From: Candidatus Zixiibacteriota bacterium
Lineage (GTDB): Bacteria > RBG-13-66-14 > B26-G2 > WVWN01
Assembly (NCBI GenBank): GCA_050117845.1
Contig: JASFLY010000010.1
Coordinates: 1-64,000, forward strand
DNA: 64,000 nucleotides
Direction of reading: 5' to 3'
In this document: positions 1 through 9,784 of the stretch, piece after piece
Layout: each line of letters opens with the position of its first letter
Numbering within the stretch: the first letter of the stretch is position 1
Position numbers and translations under genes: made by a program
Notes under the pieces: generated by a model
Seen by the model: the letters and a program-made list of their open reading frames with translations, nothing else
Database searches by the model: none
What the model was told of the DNA's origin: nothing

Positions 1-42
1 CCAGTCGATTGCCCCGCCGTACCGGGCGGGAATCGGGGTTGC

Positions 43-241
43 GTAGGGCCGTACCTTCAGGTGCGGCCACCGTGCCGCCGGTTAAAACCGGCGGTTAACG
101 CCTTCGCGGGTGAAGTACCGGCCGCTGAAGCGACCGGTTTCGGCCTATCCGTACGTGCCGACGGAGAGGCCGGCTTCTAGGAACTTAATCCGCCGACAGT
201 AATGTCGGCGCCACTACGGCCGGCGTAAAGCCGGCCGCTAC
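43..241. repeat. Cluster of REP-like palindromes (GTAG-type at 43-68 + and 217-241 -, GTGG-type at 191-214 -, other hairpins between)
   Basis: GTAG-GGCCGTAC-CTTCAG-GTGCGGCC at 43-68. Reverse complement of 217-241 is GTAG-CGGCCGGC-TTTAC-GCCGGCCG. Reverse complement of 191-214 is GTGG-CGCCGACA-TTAC-TGTCGGCG. Confidence 0.7.
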
Positions 242-335
242 CCCCCCAATGAAAAGAAGCGGCGGCCTTTACGGCCGCTTCAAAAACGAAGCCGCCCTCC
301 CGGGCGGCGGTTGCGTTTCGGATAAAAAATATTCC

Positions 336-842
336 TTAACCGGTTAGGAACGTCGCGGCGTGCTGGGCGTACTTCTCGGCCCAGTAGCGGTTGTGCGCTA
401 TCTCGTCGTCCGACAATTTGCGCACGACCTTCGCCGGCGACCCGATCGCCAGGACCCCCGGCGGGATGGCCTTGCCCGGCGGCACCAGCGACCCCGCGCC
501 CAGCGTCGATCCCTCGCCTACGGTGGCGCCGTTGAGGACGATGGCCCCCATGCCGATAAGGCTGCCGTCGCCGACCTCGCAGGCGTGGAGGATGGCCCCG
601 TGGCCCACGGTGACGTAGGACCCGACGACCAGCGGCAGGTCGTCCTCCAGGTGGCCCACGCAGAGGTCCTGGACGTTGGTGTATTCGCCGATGATTATCT
701 CGTTGATGTCGCCGCGCAGGACGACCCCCGGCCACACGTTGGCCCTGTCGCCCAGCGTGACCCGGCCCAGGACCAGCGCCGTCGGCGCGACGTAGACGTC
801 CTTCCCGATTTTCGGTTCGTATTCCAGGTAATTCTCTATCAT
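336..842 (-). CDS. Gamma carbonic anhydrase family protein (hexapeptide repeat, CaiE/YrdA-like)
   Basis: LRGDIN..IIIGEYTNVQD, VTVGHGAILHAC, LIGMGAIVLNGA motifs. ATG at 842 after a GAGAGGAG RBS. Confidence 0.93.
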   Translation of the reverse strand: MIENYLEYEPKIGKDVYVAPTALVLGRVTLGDRANVWPGVVLRGDINEIIIGEYTNVQDLCVGHLEDDLPLVVGSYVTVGHGAILHACEVGDGSLIGMGAIVLNGATVGEGSTLGAGSLVPPGKAIPPGVLAIGSPAKVVRKLSDDEIAHNRYWAEKYAQHAATFLTG

Positions 843-867
843 ACTCGCTCCTCTCGCGTCGGCCGGG

Positions 868-896
868 AAAGTAACACATCGCGGCCCGCGTGTCAA
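868..896 (-). promoter_or_regulatory. Putative sigma70 promoter for the gamma-CA gene
   Basis: Minus strand TTGACA-17 nt-TACTTT. Confidence 0.6.
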
Positions 897-966
897 CGGC
901 CGGCCGCAAGGGGAACGCCGCCCGGCGGGGCGGCGTTCGTAATAAAACCGGGTCGGGGAACAGCCC

Positions 967-1350
967 TCATTCGGGCGTTAAGTACCAATCGTAGCTCGTG
1001 GGCAGATTCAGGTAGACGGCCATCCCTATGTGGCCGCTGGCGAGACAGACGCACGTACACCATCCCGGGACGATAGCCGACGTATATACGTCGTACGAGC
1101 CGTCGTTGGCCGAGTACCCGGACCCGATGAGCGAGGCCCCTTTGTAGACCAGGATAAGCGCGCCGCCGATGGGGTTGTTGCTCTCGGCGTCGTAGATGTA
1201 GCCGTAGAGTTGGCCGACGTCCGTCCCGTTCGGCGTGTCCGCCCCGGCCGAGTCGACCGTATTAACCGGGTTCGAATCCGAGCAGGCTGCGAGCAGGAAT
1301 AGTAATCCGACGCCCAACGATAATACAGTATAAGTAAATTTACGTTTCAT
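967..1350 (-). CDS. Small lipoprotein with carboxypeptidase-regulatory-like (prealbumin-like) domain
   Basis: Lipobox LAAC; G.LYGYIYDAESNNPIGGA...DGSY pattern; GGAGG RBS. Confidence 0.7.
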   Translation of the reverse strand: MKRKFTYTVLSLGVGLLFLLAACSDSNPVNTVDSAGADTPNGTDVGQLYGYIYDAESNNPIGGALILVYKGASLIGSGYSANDGSYDVYTSAIVPGWCTCVCLASGHIGMAVYLNLPTSYDWYLTPE

Positions 1351-1791
1351 ACGACCTGCCTCCTTTACTTAAACAGCTATTAATACTGGTTAACTCTTCC
1401 GGCTACGTTATAACACATTACTTTAGTAAATTGCAACATATATTTTAGTGGATTAATATTTGCGGAGTAACGTGGAGCCATGTATGGCGAGGCGGGCCGC
1501 CGTTTGGCCGGCCGCCGGCCCTGTCTATTATTTATCCCCGGGCCGATAGCCGGCGAGGTATGGACGGCGGCGGGATTGTGGGCTACGCCGAACGCCGCCA
1601 CGGGGAATCGCGCGCCCCGGTCGGGACGCACCGATTAACGTTGTGAACCTTAATTAAATATATTAATGTCGAGGGCGCCGGCGGAGCCGCCGGGCGCTTT
1701 TTCGGGCGCTCGGGCCGGGAGTAAAAAAGGTTGATAAGGGACCGTAAAGATGTTACAAAATCCCTAAGTAAAAAACGAGTAAGGGGAGAGT

Positions 1792-2628
1792 ATGGCGAAA
1801 ACTTTGCGATGGGCCGTCGCCGTTCTGTGGGCGACGGCGGCCGTCGGCGGCGCGGCGGAGTATGCCGCGACCGTCAGCACCACCTACGAAATCGACGCGG
1901 CCTCGACGGAAATCGCCCAGGCCTTCGGCCTGCCCGGCGTCAGTCGGGTCGATACGACCGTTACCTTTTCGATTGAGCCGCTGGAGTCCGGCGCCTACCG
2001 CCTGACCTTCAACACCGCGAGCCAGCAGACGCTGACCGGCGAGTCGGTGGTTCCGAACGTGGAACGCGTGGGCGACATCCTGGGAGGCCGGTGGATCGAG
2101 TTCTCGCCGTGGACGCTCAAGGACGGCGGCGTCAAGCGCGCCCCGAATTTCGCGAAAGACAGCGAAGAGATAAGCTACAACCTGTTGGCGCTGATGCTGT
2201 TTCCGGCGGGCGGGCCGCTGGCCGACGAGTGGCGCGACGGCGCCCGGGCCGCGGTGGCCCGGTCCTACGGGATGAAAATGGTCTCGATGGAAATGGCCGA
2301 GGCCCAACCCCTCCCGGCCTTCGAGGGCGAGGAGACCGACCTGTTGGAGTACTCGGTGGTATGCCGGCAGAAGCTGAGCCAGGACACCAATGTGAGTCAG
2401 ATGACCGGGACGGCCTCGTTCGAGGGGGCGGGCGCGACGGTCCCGGCCCCCGACGGCCTGGCGGCCTACGGCCGGCTCGACATCAGCGGCAAGCGCGACC
2501 GGTCCTTCGTACTTGCCGGCAAGCCGCGCGACCTGGGGGACCACGTTTCGATATCGATCCGGCTCGTCCGGGAAGGCTACGAGCTTCCCGCCGATTGGGT
2601 CGCACAGGAAGAGATAAGCGCCGAATAG
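1792..2628 (+). CDS. Secreted hypothetical protein
   Basis: N-terminal signal peptide, AAGGGGAG RBS, GC3-biased codons. Confidence 0.75.
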   Translation: MAKTLRWAVAVLWATAAVGGAAEYAATVSTTYEIDAASTEIAQAFGLPGVSRVDTTVTFSIEPLESGAYRLTFNTASQQTLTGESVVPNVERVGDILGGRWIEFSPWTLKDGGVKRAPNFAKDSEEISYNLLALMLFPAGGPLADEWRDGARAAVARSYGMKMVSMEMAEAQPLPAFEGEETDLLEYSVVCRQKLSQDTNVSQMTGTASFEGAGATVPAPDGLAAYGRLDISGKRDRSFVLAGKPRDLGDHVSISIRLVREGYELPADWVAQEEISAE

Positions 2629-2664
2629 CGCATCACCGATTGACAACCGAAGGCGGTAGCGAGG

Positions 2665-4329
2665 GTGGCTTCATCAGATAGCACCGGGGCCCATCCGTTG
2701 CGGGCGGCCCTTCTGCAGGGGGCGGCGTTCGCCGCGTTCGCCGTATTGCCGGCGGCGGCGGTTCTGTTTTTAACGGCCGGCCTCGACGCGGCGTCGTACG
2801 GTCCCTTGTTGCGGGCGTACCTGTTCTTCGTCGTACCGGCGGGTATAGTGTCGGCGCTCTTCGCCGGCCTCTTTTTGCGGGCGGCGGCGTCTTCGGCCCG
2901 GCGCCTGACGGACGCGGACGAGGCCCTCGGCCCCTACGACCCCCCGGGAGCCGGAACGGTGCGGGCGTTCCCGCCGCTGTGCGGGGTAGTATCCTTCGCG
3001 TGCGCGTTTCTGGCGTACGTCGCCGCGGGGATATCCGTCCCCGGCGCTTCGGCCGTGGTTATAGTCGTCGGCGGCGGCGCGGCGGTCCTTTGCGGCCTCG
3101 CGTCCTACTTCGCCGCGGAGAATTTCCTGGTTCCGCTGTTCTACGTCCTCGCCCGGGCGGGAGTGCGCTTCGCCGAGCGGGGTACGGTGTCCCTCGGCGC
3201 CCGCGTCTCCTTCGCGGCCGTTCTGGGTACGGCGGCCGTTCTCGCCCTCGCGGCCGGGCCGGCCCTCGTTTCCGGCGGAATATCCGTTTGGCGGTCGGTA
3301 CTCGTGGCGGCCGTGCTACTCGTACTCGCCGGCGTCGGGGCTTACGTCTTCTCCCGGCGCGTCAGCGTGGCCCTCAAGAAAAGCAGCAGCTCCACGCCCA
3401 TTCCGTTCTACTACGGCGACGAGGTGGAGGGCGTAACGACGTTCTGCCACAAGTTCGTCGGCGACGCTTTGGCCTACGAGAACACGGTGCGCCGCGTGAC
3501 CGAGGACCTCTCGGGCCAGTCGGGGCGCGTCCGCGAGAGCCTCACCCAGCAGGCAAGCATCGCCGCCCAACAGGCCTCCGCGATCTCGGAAACTTCGGTT
3601 ACGATGAAGGAACTCGCCGGCACCGTCAAGCAGACGGCGTCGCGGGCCGAGGAGATATCGGGCCGGGTCGAGGCCTCGGTGAAGCTGGTCAAGGCCGCCG
3701 AGAACCAGATACTCCGCAACGCCGACCGGATAGACCGGCTGGCCGCGGAGTCGCAGGACGCGGCCAAGCTCGCCGTTTCTCTCAACGAGAGCGCCCGAAG
3801 GATGGACGAGATTGTCGCGCTGGTGAACGACCTCGCGGAGCAGTCCACCGTGCTGGCCCTTAACGCCGCCATCGAGGCGGCGAAGGCGGGCGAGTTCGGC
3901 CGGGGCTTCTCGGCCGTCGCCCGGGAGGTCAAGAACCTGGCCGGGTCGTCCAAGGAGGGGACCGAGGGCATTCGCAAGGTCCTGACCGAAATTCGCGGCC
4001 ACACCGTGAAGACGGTGACCTCCTCCCGCGAGAGCGCCGAGCAGTCGTCGGCCATGCGGGAGGGCGCGCTTACGGCCAAGAACCTCGTCGAGGAAATCGT
4101 CCCGCTGGTGGAAGAGATAGGCCGGATGTCGAAGCAGATAGCGGCCTCGGCCCGTCAGCAGAGCCTGGGCCTCGAGCAGGTGACGACCGCGGTGGACAAC
4201 ATCAACGACGCCGCGGCCGAAGCCCTGGACCAGGCGAAAGCGGTACGGGGCGCGGTCGATACCATAGCACAGGTAAGTATGCGTCTCGCCGAAGAATCGG
4301 ATGCCCCCTGGCATTGGAGACGTTCGTAA
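2665..4329 (+). CDS. Methyl-accepting chemotaxis-like receptor with multi-TM sensor
   Basis: MCP hairpin tip LAEQSTVLALNAAIEAAKAGEFGRGFSAVAREVKNLA; several N-terminal TM helices. Confidence 0.9.
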   Translation: MASSDSTGAHPLRAALLQGAAFAAFAVLPAAAVLFLTAGLDAASYGPLLRAYLFFVVPAGIVSALFAGLFLRAAASSARRLTDADEALGPYDPPGAGTVRAFPPLCGVVSFACAFLAYVAAGISVPGASAVVIVVGGGAAVLCGLASYFAAENFLVPLFYVLARAGVRFAERGTVSLGARVSFAAVLGTAAVLALAAGPALVSGGISVWRSVLVAAVLLVLAGVGAYVFSRRVSVALKKSSSSTPIPFYYGDEVEGVTTFCHKFVGDALAYENTVRRVTEDLSGQSGRVRESLTQQASIAAQQASAISETSVTMKELAGTVKQTASRAEEISGRVEASVKLVKAAENQILRNADRIDRLAAESQDAAKLAVSLNESARRMDEIVALVNDLAEQSTVLALNAAIEAAKAGEFGRGFSAVAREVKNLAGSSKEGTEGIRKVLTEIRGHTVKTVTSSRESAEQSSAMREGALTAKNLVEEIVPLVEEIGRMSKQIAASARQQSLGLEQVTTAVDNINDAAAEALDQAKAVRGAVDTIAQVSMRLAEESDAPWHWRRS

Positions 4330-4353
4330 CGCGGGGGCTTTAGGAGGAAAGTA

Positions 4354-5571
4354 ATGAACAAGGCAACGAAGATAATCCTGGTGGCGCTTCTCGCCGCCGT
4401 GGCGTTTTCCGCTTGCGGCAAGAAAGCCGAGAATACTTATCTCGTCGGCGTAACCGGGCCGTTCACGGGCGACGGCGCCCAGTACGGCGAAATGCTCCGG
4501 ATGGCGGCCGAGATGCGGGCCGACGAGATAAACGCCGCCGGCGGTATAAACGGCGTTCCCCTCGAACTCGAGTTCCAGGACGACAAGGGCGATCCGAAAG
4601 AGGCCGCCAACGCCGCCCAGAAACTCGGCTCGAACCCGGACGTCCTGGCCGTCATAGGCCACTTCAACTCGAGCTGTTCGCTCGCCGGCAAGGAAGTCTA
4701 CAACTCGATGGGCGTCCTGCAGCTCTCGCCCGGCTCGACCAACGTCACGGTGTGCGCGGGCGGCGACTGGACCTTCCGCAACGTTTACCGCGACGACTTT
4801 CAGGGCCAGTTCATCGCCGAGTACATCAAGTACGTGCTGGGCTACAACCGCGTCGCCGTCTTCTTCGACAACGACGATTACGGCCGGGGCCTCCGGGACG
4901 CCTTCACCGCCCGGGCGGGGGAGATAGGCCTCGAGATAGTGCGCGAGGAAGCGTACGTCCGCGACACCCAGGAGTACACCCCCCAGCTCACGCAGATAAT
5001 GGCGCAGAACCCGGACATCATCTTCGTCTCCGGCCTCTACGCCAACGCCGCGATGATCCTCACGCAGGCGCGGAACCTCGGCATAGAGACGCCGTTCATC
5101 GGCGGCGACGGCCTTTTGTCCTCGGACCTGATAACCAACGCCGCCAAAGCCTCCGAGCTCACGATAGTAACCTGTCCCTTCCTGCCCACCTCGACGGATG
5201 AGCGCACGCAGAAATTCGTGGCCGCGTTCGAGGAGCGCTACGGGACCACGCCGGATTGTTGGGCGGCCCTGGGATACGACGCCGTGGGCATCGTGGCCGA
5301 GGCCATCGCCGAGGTCGGGCCGGACCGCAAGGCCATCCGCGACTACGTCGCCGGAATGAATTCCGAGGAGAAGGCTTACGACGGCATCTCCGGCCTCACT
5401 TATTTCAATGAGGACGGCGACTGCATGAAGCCGCTCGTCGTGGCGGTCGTCAAGGATGGCGTCTTCGTCCCGCACGAGAAACAGGGCGATGCCCTCGAGG
5501 AAGCGAAGAAGGCGCTGGAGGCCGCCCCCGCGGAGGCCGAGGAGCCGGAAGCCGAGGAGCCGACCGAATAG
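4354..5571 (+). CDS. livK: Branched-chain amino acid ABC transporter substrate-binding lipoprotein
   Basis: Lipobox FSAC; GVTGPFTG, EINAAGGING, DDKGDPKEA, VIGHFNSS, NDDYGRGL, GYDAV motifs. Confidence 0.9.
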   Translation: MNKATKIILVALLAAVAFSACGKKAENTYLVGVTGPFTGDGAQYGEMLRMAAEMRADEINAAGGINGVPLELEFQDDKGDPKEAANAAQKLGSNPDVLAVIGHFNSSCSLAGKEVYNSMGVLQLSPGSTNVTVCAGGDWTFRNVYRDDFQGQFIAEYIKYVLGYNRVAVFFDNDDYGRGLRDAFTARAGEIGLEIVREEAYVRDTQEYTPQLTQIMAQNPDIIFVSGLYANAAMILTQARNLGIETPFIGGDGLLSSDLITNAAKASELTIVTCPFLPTSTDERTQKFVAAFEERYGTTPDCWAALGYDAVGIVAEAIAEVGPDRKAIRDYVAGMNSEEKAYDGISGLTYFNEDGDCMKPLVVAVVKDGVFVPHEKQGDALEEAKKALEAAPAEAEEPEAEEPTE

Positions 5572-5622
5572 GGACACGGGACCCGGGGGCCGTGTCAGGG
5601 CGCCGGGGTCTTCATTCCTGGT

Positions 5623-7230
5623 TTGCGAAAGAACTCGAAATTCACCGAGGCCGTCGTCGCCGCGCTCGTTGCCGTGGCGACGGCGGCCATTTACCTTATC
5701 TTCCGTTCCGCGTATTACTTCCCGGACGCCATGCGCTGGGAGCTCGGCATCGCGGGCCGTGGCGCCCAGGCCGTCTGGCATCCCCACCACCTTATATATA
5801 ACCCGCTCGCCGTGGCCTTCCACGCCGTCCTGAAACTTTTCGGGTACGGCGGCCGGCTCTTCGGCGCCATGCAAATACTGGACGCGCTTATAGGCGGCGC
5901 CGGCGTGGCGCTCGCGTACGCCGTCCTCCGGCGGACCTCGGCCTCCCGGCGCTGGGCCGTCGCCGGGGCGTTGTCGGTCGCTTTCTCCTTCGGCTACTGG
6001 GCCTACGCCTGCAACGCCGAATCCGTGGCGCTCAGCACCGTTGCCGCAATGGCGACGCTGTGGGCCGCCCTGTGGGCCGGGGAGGGAAAGAGTACGGGCC
6101 GCTGGGCGCTGTGCGGGGTGGCGGCGGGTGTCGCCGTCCTGACGCACATCACCAACGGCCTCCTGCTCGCCTTCGTACTGGCGGCGTATTTCCTTTCTCC
6201 CCCCCGCAAGAAGTGGGTCGGCCTGCCCGCGGTCCTGGCGTCGTTCGCCCTGCCGGTCGCCGCCCTGTACGCGGCCGCGGCCTTCATATTCCTGGGATAC
6301 TCGAGCGCCGGCGACGCCTGGCGCTGGGTGGCCGGGGTACCGGGCCATTCCCAGTATTACATGTCCTACCGCGTCTACAACGTCGTACTGGACCTCTACG
6401 CGTTAACGCGTAATTTCTTCGGCCTGCGGTGGGCCAAGGACGTCGTGACGGACGGCTGGACCGCCGGGTACGCTGCGCTCGCGGCCGTGCTCGTCGTGGC
6501 CGGCGTCGCCGTGGCCGCGGCCCTTATATTCGCGCTTATCCGTTTCGGTAAAAAGGGAAGCGACCGGCGGCCCCTATGGCTCGGCCTGGCGCTACTTTTA
6601 CCCTTCGCGGCGTTCTTCACCTTCCGCGACGCCGGCGGCATCGACCGCTGGACCACGCAGGTCTTCGCGCTGCTCTTCCTCGCCTACGCCGGCCTCCGCG
6701 CCGGGGGAGCGTCCCGGGCGGGACGCATAGTCCTCGTCGCCCTCCCGGCCCTCCTGTTCGTCGGCAACTTCGCCGGGTCCATCTATCCCGAATCCAAAGA
6801 ACAAAACAACGAGCACCTCGCCTTCGTCCGCTTCGTCGACGGCGTAACCGAGCCGGGCGACATGGTTATCTTCGACGGCACCGGCGGCCTGGGGACCGGC
6901 ATCTATCCGACCTACTTCGCCGGCGTCGAGACGACCGGCATCTACTTCGGCGTCCGGGACCCGGCGACCTTCCACGCCGCCGTAGACGAAACGCTGGCGG
7001 CGGGCAGGGCCGTCTACGTCAGCGACGCCCGGTCCGCGGCCGGGAGCGCCGACGTCATCGGCGCCGGGGGGCCGGGGGAGTACGACGTGACGGGCGAGGC
7101 CGCCGCGGAGCTCCTCGCGTCCTACCGCCTCGAATACGCAACTACCTACCACGGCCCCCGCTACGCGCCGAGCCGCTTCTGGCGGCTCCTGCCGCGCGAC
7201 GGCCTTCCCGACGCTAATACCCCGGAGTAA
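5623..7230 (+). CDS. Polytopic membrane protein, GT-C/ArnT-like glycosyltransferase
   Basis: About 11-13 TM helices, early D..(HPHHLIY) loop, FSFGYWAYACNAE motif, C-terminal periplasmic domain. Confidence 0.6.
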   Translation: MRKNSKFTEAVVAALVAVATAAIYLIFRSAYYFPDAMRWELGIAGRGAQAVWHPHHLIYNPLAVAFHAVLKLFGYGGRLFGAMQILDALIGGAGVALAYAVLRRTSASRRWAVAGALSVAFSFGYWAYACNAESVALSTVAAMATLWAALWAGEGKSTGRWALCGVAAGVAVLTHITNGLLLAFVLAAYFLSPPRKKWVGLPAVLASFALPVAALYAAAAFIFLGYSSAGDAWRWVAGVPGHSQYYMSYRVYNVVLDLYALTRNFFGLRWAKDVVTDGWTAGYAALAAVLVVAGVAVAAALIFALIRFGKKGSDRRPLWLGLALLLPFAAFFTFRDAGGIDRWTTQVFALLFLAYAGLRAGGASRAGRIVLVALPALLFVGNFAGSIYPESKEQNNEHLAFVRFVDGVTEPGDMVIFDGTGGLGTGIYPTYFAGVETTGIYFGVRDPATFHAAVDETLAAGRAVYVSDARSAAGSADVIGAGGPGEYDVTGEAAAELLASYRLEYATTYHGPRYAPSRFWRLLPRDGLPDANTPE

Positions 7231-7236
7231 TGTTTT

Positions 7237-8652
7237 ATGGTAGAAAAACCTGCTAAAGGGTTACGCGAACACTGGGGGTCTCGTTTCGGCTTCATCCTCG
7301 CGGCCACCGGCTCCGCCATCGGCCTGGGGAACATCTGGAAGTTCCCCTACATCACCGGCGAGCACGGCGGCGCGGCCTTCGTCTTCGTTTACCTTATCTG
7401 CATAATCGTCATCGGCCTGCCGGTCCTCATGGCCGAACTCGCCGTGGGCCGGGCGGCCCAGTCGAACCCCGTCGGCTCCTACCGCGTAATCCGCCCCGGG
7501 ACGCCGTGGTTCCTCGTTGGCGGGATGGGCGTCGTCGCCGGCTTCGTCATCCTCTCGTATTACAGCGTCGTCGCCGGCTGGATCCTGGCCTACGTCGTCA
7601 AGGCCGTCGGCGGGACGCTGACCGGCTTCACCGCCGCGGCGGGGGGCGCCGAGGCCGCCACCGAACACTTCCAGGCGTTCGCTTCGCACCCCGGATACGC
7701 CATCTTCTGGCATTTCCTGTTCATGGCCGTTTGCGCCTTCATCGTCCAGCGCGGCGTGCGGGGGGGCATCGAGGCCGCGTCCAAGATCCTCATGCCCATC
7801 CTGCTCGTCATCTTGGTAGTGCTCGTCGTGTGGTCGCTCTCGCTCCCGGGGGCCGGGGCGGGCGTGAAGTTCTACCTCGTGCCCGAGATAACGACCGTGA
7901 GCGTGGGGCCGTTGAGCTTCCCCTTCTTCAAGGGGCTGGACGCTTCGGCCGTCCTCATCGCCCTAGGCCACGCGTTCTTCTCGCTCTCCATCGGCATGGG
8001 GGCCATGCTCACCTACGGCTCTTATCTTAAGAAGGACGCGGACCTCAGCTTCTCGACCTTCACCATCGCGCTCATGGACACCGTCATCGCGCTGCTCGCC
8101 GGCCTCGCCCTCATCCCCGCCGTCTTCGCGATGGGCCTCGCGCCAGACGCCGGCCCGGGCCTCCTGTTTCACACGCTGCCGGCGGTCTTCTCCAGCATGC
8201 CCGGCGGCGTCGTCTTCGCGATTCTCTTCTTCGTCCTGGTGTCCATCGCCGCGGTCACCTCCGGCATATCCATTCTCGAGGTCGTCACGTCCTTCTTCAT
8301 GGGGGAACTCGGCTGGCGGCGGACCCGCGTCGTGCCCATAATGGCCGGGATAATATTCCTCCTCGGCATACCGTCCGCGCTGTCCTTCGGGGCGTGGAAG
8401 GGCCTGCGTATCTTCGGCCTGACGTTTTTCGATTTAATGGACTACCTCTCGGCCAATTTCTTCCTGCCTGTGGGGGGCCTTTTGATAGCCCTCTTCGTCG
8501 GTTGGGGTTGGGGGCCGCAGGCGATAGAGGCCGCCGCCCGGGGCTCGTTCCACGGCTTCCCGACCGGCAAGATTTGGCTCTGGATGTGCCGGACTATAAC
8601 GCCCCTCGCCGTCGCGATAATCATAATCGCCAAGCTGGCGGGAATAGGGTAG
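7237..8652 (+). CDS. Sodium-dependent transporter, neurotransmitter:sodium symporter (NSS) family
   Basis: REHWGSRFGFILAATGSAIGLGNIWKFPY..GGAAF; AFFSLSIGMGAMLTYGSY. Confidence 0.95.
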   Translation: MVEKPAKGLREHWGSRFGFILAATGSAIGLGNIWKFPYITGEHGGAAFVFVYLICIIVIGLPVLMAELAVGRAAQSNPVGSYRVIRPGTPWFLVGGMGVVAGFVILSYYSVVAGWILAYVVKAVGGTLTGFTAAAGGAEAATEHFQAFASHPGYAIFWHFLFMAVCAFIVQRGVRGGIEAASKILMPILLVILVVLVVWSLSLPGAGAGVKFYLVPEITTVSVGPLSFPFFKGLDASAVLIALGHAFFSLSIGMGAMLTYGSYLKKDADLSFSTFTIALMDTVIALLAGLALIPAVFAMGLAPDAGPGLLFHTLPAVFSSMPGGVVFAILFFVLVSIAAVTSGISILEVVTSFFMGELGWRRTRVVPIMAGIIFLLGIPSALSFGAWKGLRIFGLTFFDLMDYLSANFFLPVGGLLIALFVGWGWGPQAIEAAARGSFHGFPTGKIWLWMCRTITPLAVAIIIIAKLAGIG

Positions 8653-8727
8653 GGCGGCGATTAATCCTTGACCCTCGGCTCCGGGCAAATTAATATACGG
8701 CTATACTTTTTTCGACGGACCTGAGAT

Positions 8728-9630
8728 ATGTTCCTACAACAGCTCATTAACGGCCTTACCATCGGCGCGGTCTACGCGCTCATCGCCGTCGGCTACACGA
8801 TGGTGTACGGCATCGTCGAACTCATCAATTTCGCCCACGGCGAGATTTACATGATGGCGACCTTCGTCGCGATGACGCTCTTCCGCTCCGCCGGCTATCC
8901 GTTGTGGGTGGCCGCGCCCGCGGCCATCGTCTCGGCCATGATAATCGGCGTCACGCTGGAGTACATCGCCTACAGGCCGCTCCGCCAGAGTCCCCGGTTG
9001 GTCGCCCTCATCTCGGCCATCGGCGCGTCGCTCTTCCTGCAGAACCTCGCGATGAAGATATGGGGCGCCCGGCGCCAGCCCTTCCTGGACCCGTCCCGGC
9101 CCCTCGAGTTCTTCCAGATAAAGCACCAACTCTCCCTCCCTCTCCTCGGCGACGCCACCTTCTCCAACATGCAGTTGACCATCCTCGGGACCGCGGCCGC
9201 GATGATGATATTCCTGCACCTGTTGATTAATAAAACCAAACTGGGGAAGGCCATGCGCGCCTGCGCCCAGGACCAGGTGGCCGCGAAGCTGATGGGCGTC
9301 AACGTCGACCGGACGATAACGGCCACCTTCGCCATCGGCTCCGCGATGGCCGCGGTCGCCGGCGTCCTGGTGGGGATGAACTACAATCAGGTCTGGCCGA
9401 TGATGGGGTACATGGCGGGCCTCAAGGCCTTCACGGCGGCGGTCCTCGGCGGCATCGGCAATATGCCGGGGGCGTTCGTCGGGGGCCTGGTCCTCGGCCT
9501 GGCGGAGGGCTTCGCCGGGGCGTACATCTCGTCCCTCTGGATGGACGCCATCGCCTTCGCCATTTTGATAATAGTATTGATCTACCGCCCCTCGGGCCTC
9601 CTGGGCAAACAGATCCCGCGGAGGACGTAG
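8728..9630 (+). CDS. livH: Branched-chain amino acid ABC transporter permease
   Basis: QQLINGLTIGAVYALIAVGYTMVYGIVELINFAHGE; GLKAFTAAVLGGIG; RPSGLLG. Confidence 0.95.
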   Translation: MFLQQLINGLTIGAVYALIAVGYTMVYGIVELINFAHGEIYMMATFVAMTLFRSAGYPLWVAAPAAIVSAMIIGVTLEYIAYRPLRQSPRLVALISAIGASLFLQNLAMKIWGARRQPFLDPSRPLEFFQIKHQLSLPLLGDATFSNMQLTILGTAAAMMIFLHLLINKTKLGKAMRACAQDQVAAKLMGVNVDRTITATFAIGSAMAAVAGVLVGMNYNQVWPMMGYMAGLKAFTAAVLGGIGNMPGAFVGGLVLGLAEGFAGAYISSLWMDAIAFAILIIVLIYRPSGLLGKQIPRRT

Positions 9631-9634
9631 GGGG

Positions 9635-9754
9635 GTGCCACAGACATTCTTGTCTGTGAGAAAAAGCATTAATATCACCGGCAGGAATGCCGGTGGCACA
9701 CATACGAATCAATTTAGTAAATAATCAGGAGTGGCACAGACATTCCTGTCTGTG
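9635..9754. repeat. REP doublet (9635-9658 +, 9676-9699 -) plus single REP (9731-9754 +) upstream of RAYT
   Basis: GTGC-CACAGACA-TTCT-TGTCTGTG; inverted GTGC-CACCGGCA-TTCC-TGCCGGTG; GTGG-CACAGACA-TTCC-TGTCTGTG. Confidence 0.9.
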
Positions 9755-9784
9755 AAGAATAAGAAATTACAAAGTAAAACGAGT

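Noticed and set aside
1351..1791. ncRNA or small ORFs in the divergent intergenic region
   Set aside because: AT-rich promoter-like tracts with GC patches but no recognisable RNA motif or RBS-supported ORF.
3316..6348. 1010-aa minus-strand ORF and other long antisense ORFs (e.g. 25260-27080, 33677-35569, 58849-61137)
   Set aside because: These are shadow frames opposite well-supported genes in high-GC DNA and carry no recognisable motifs.
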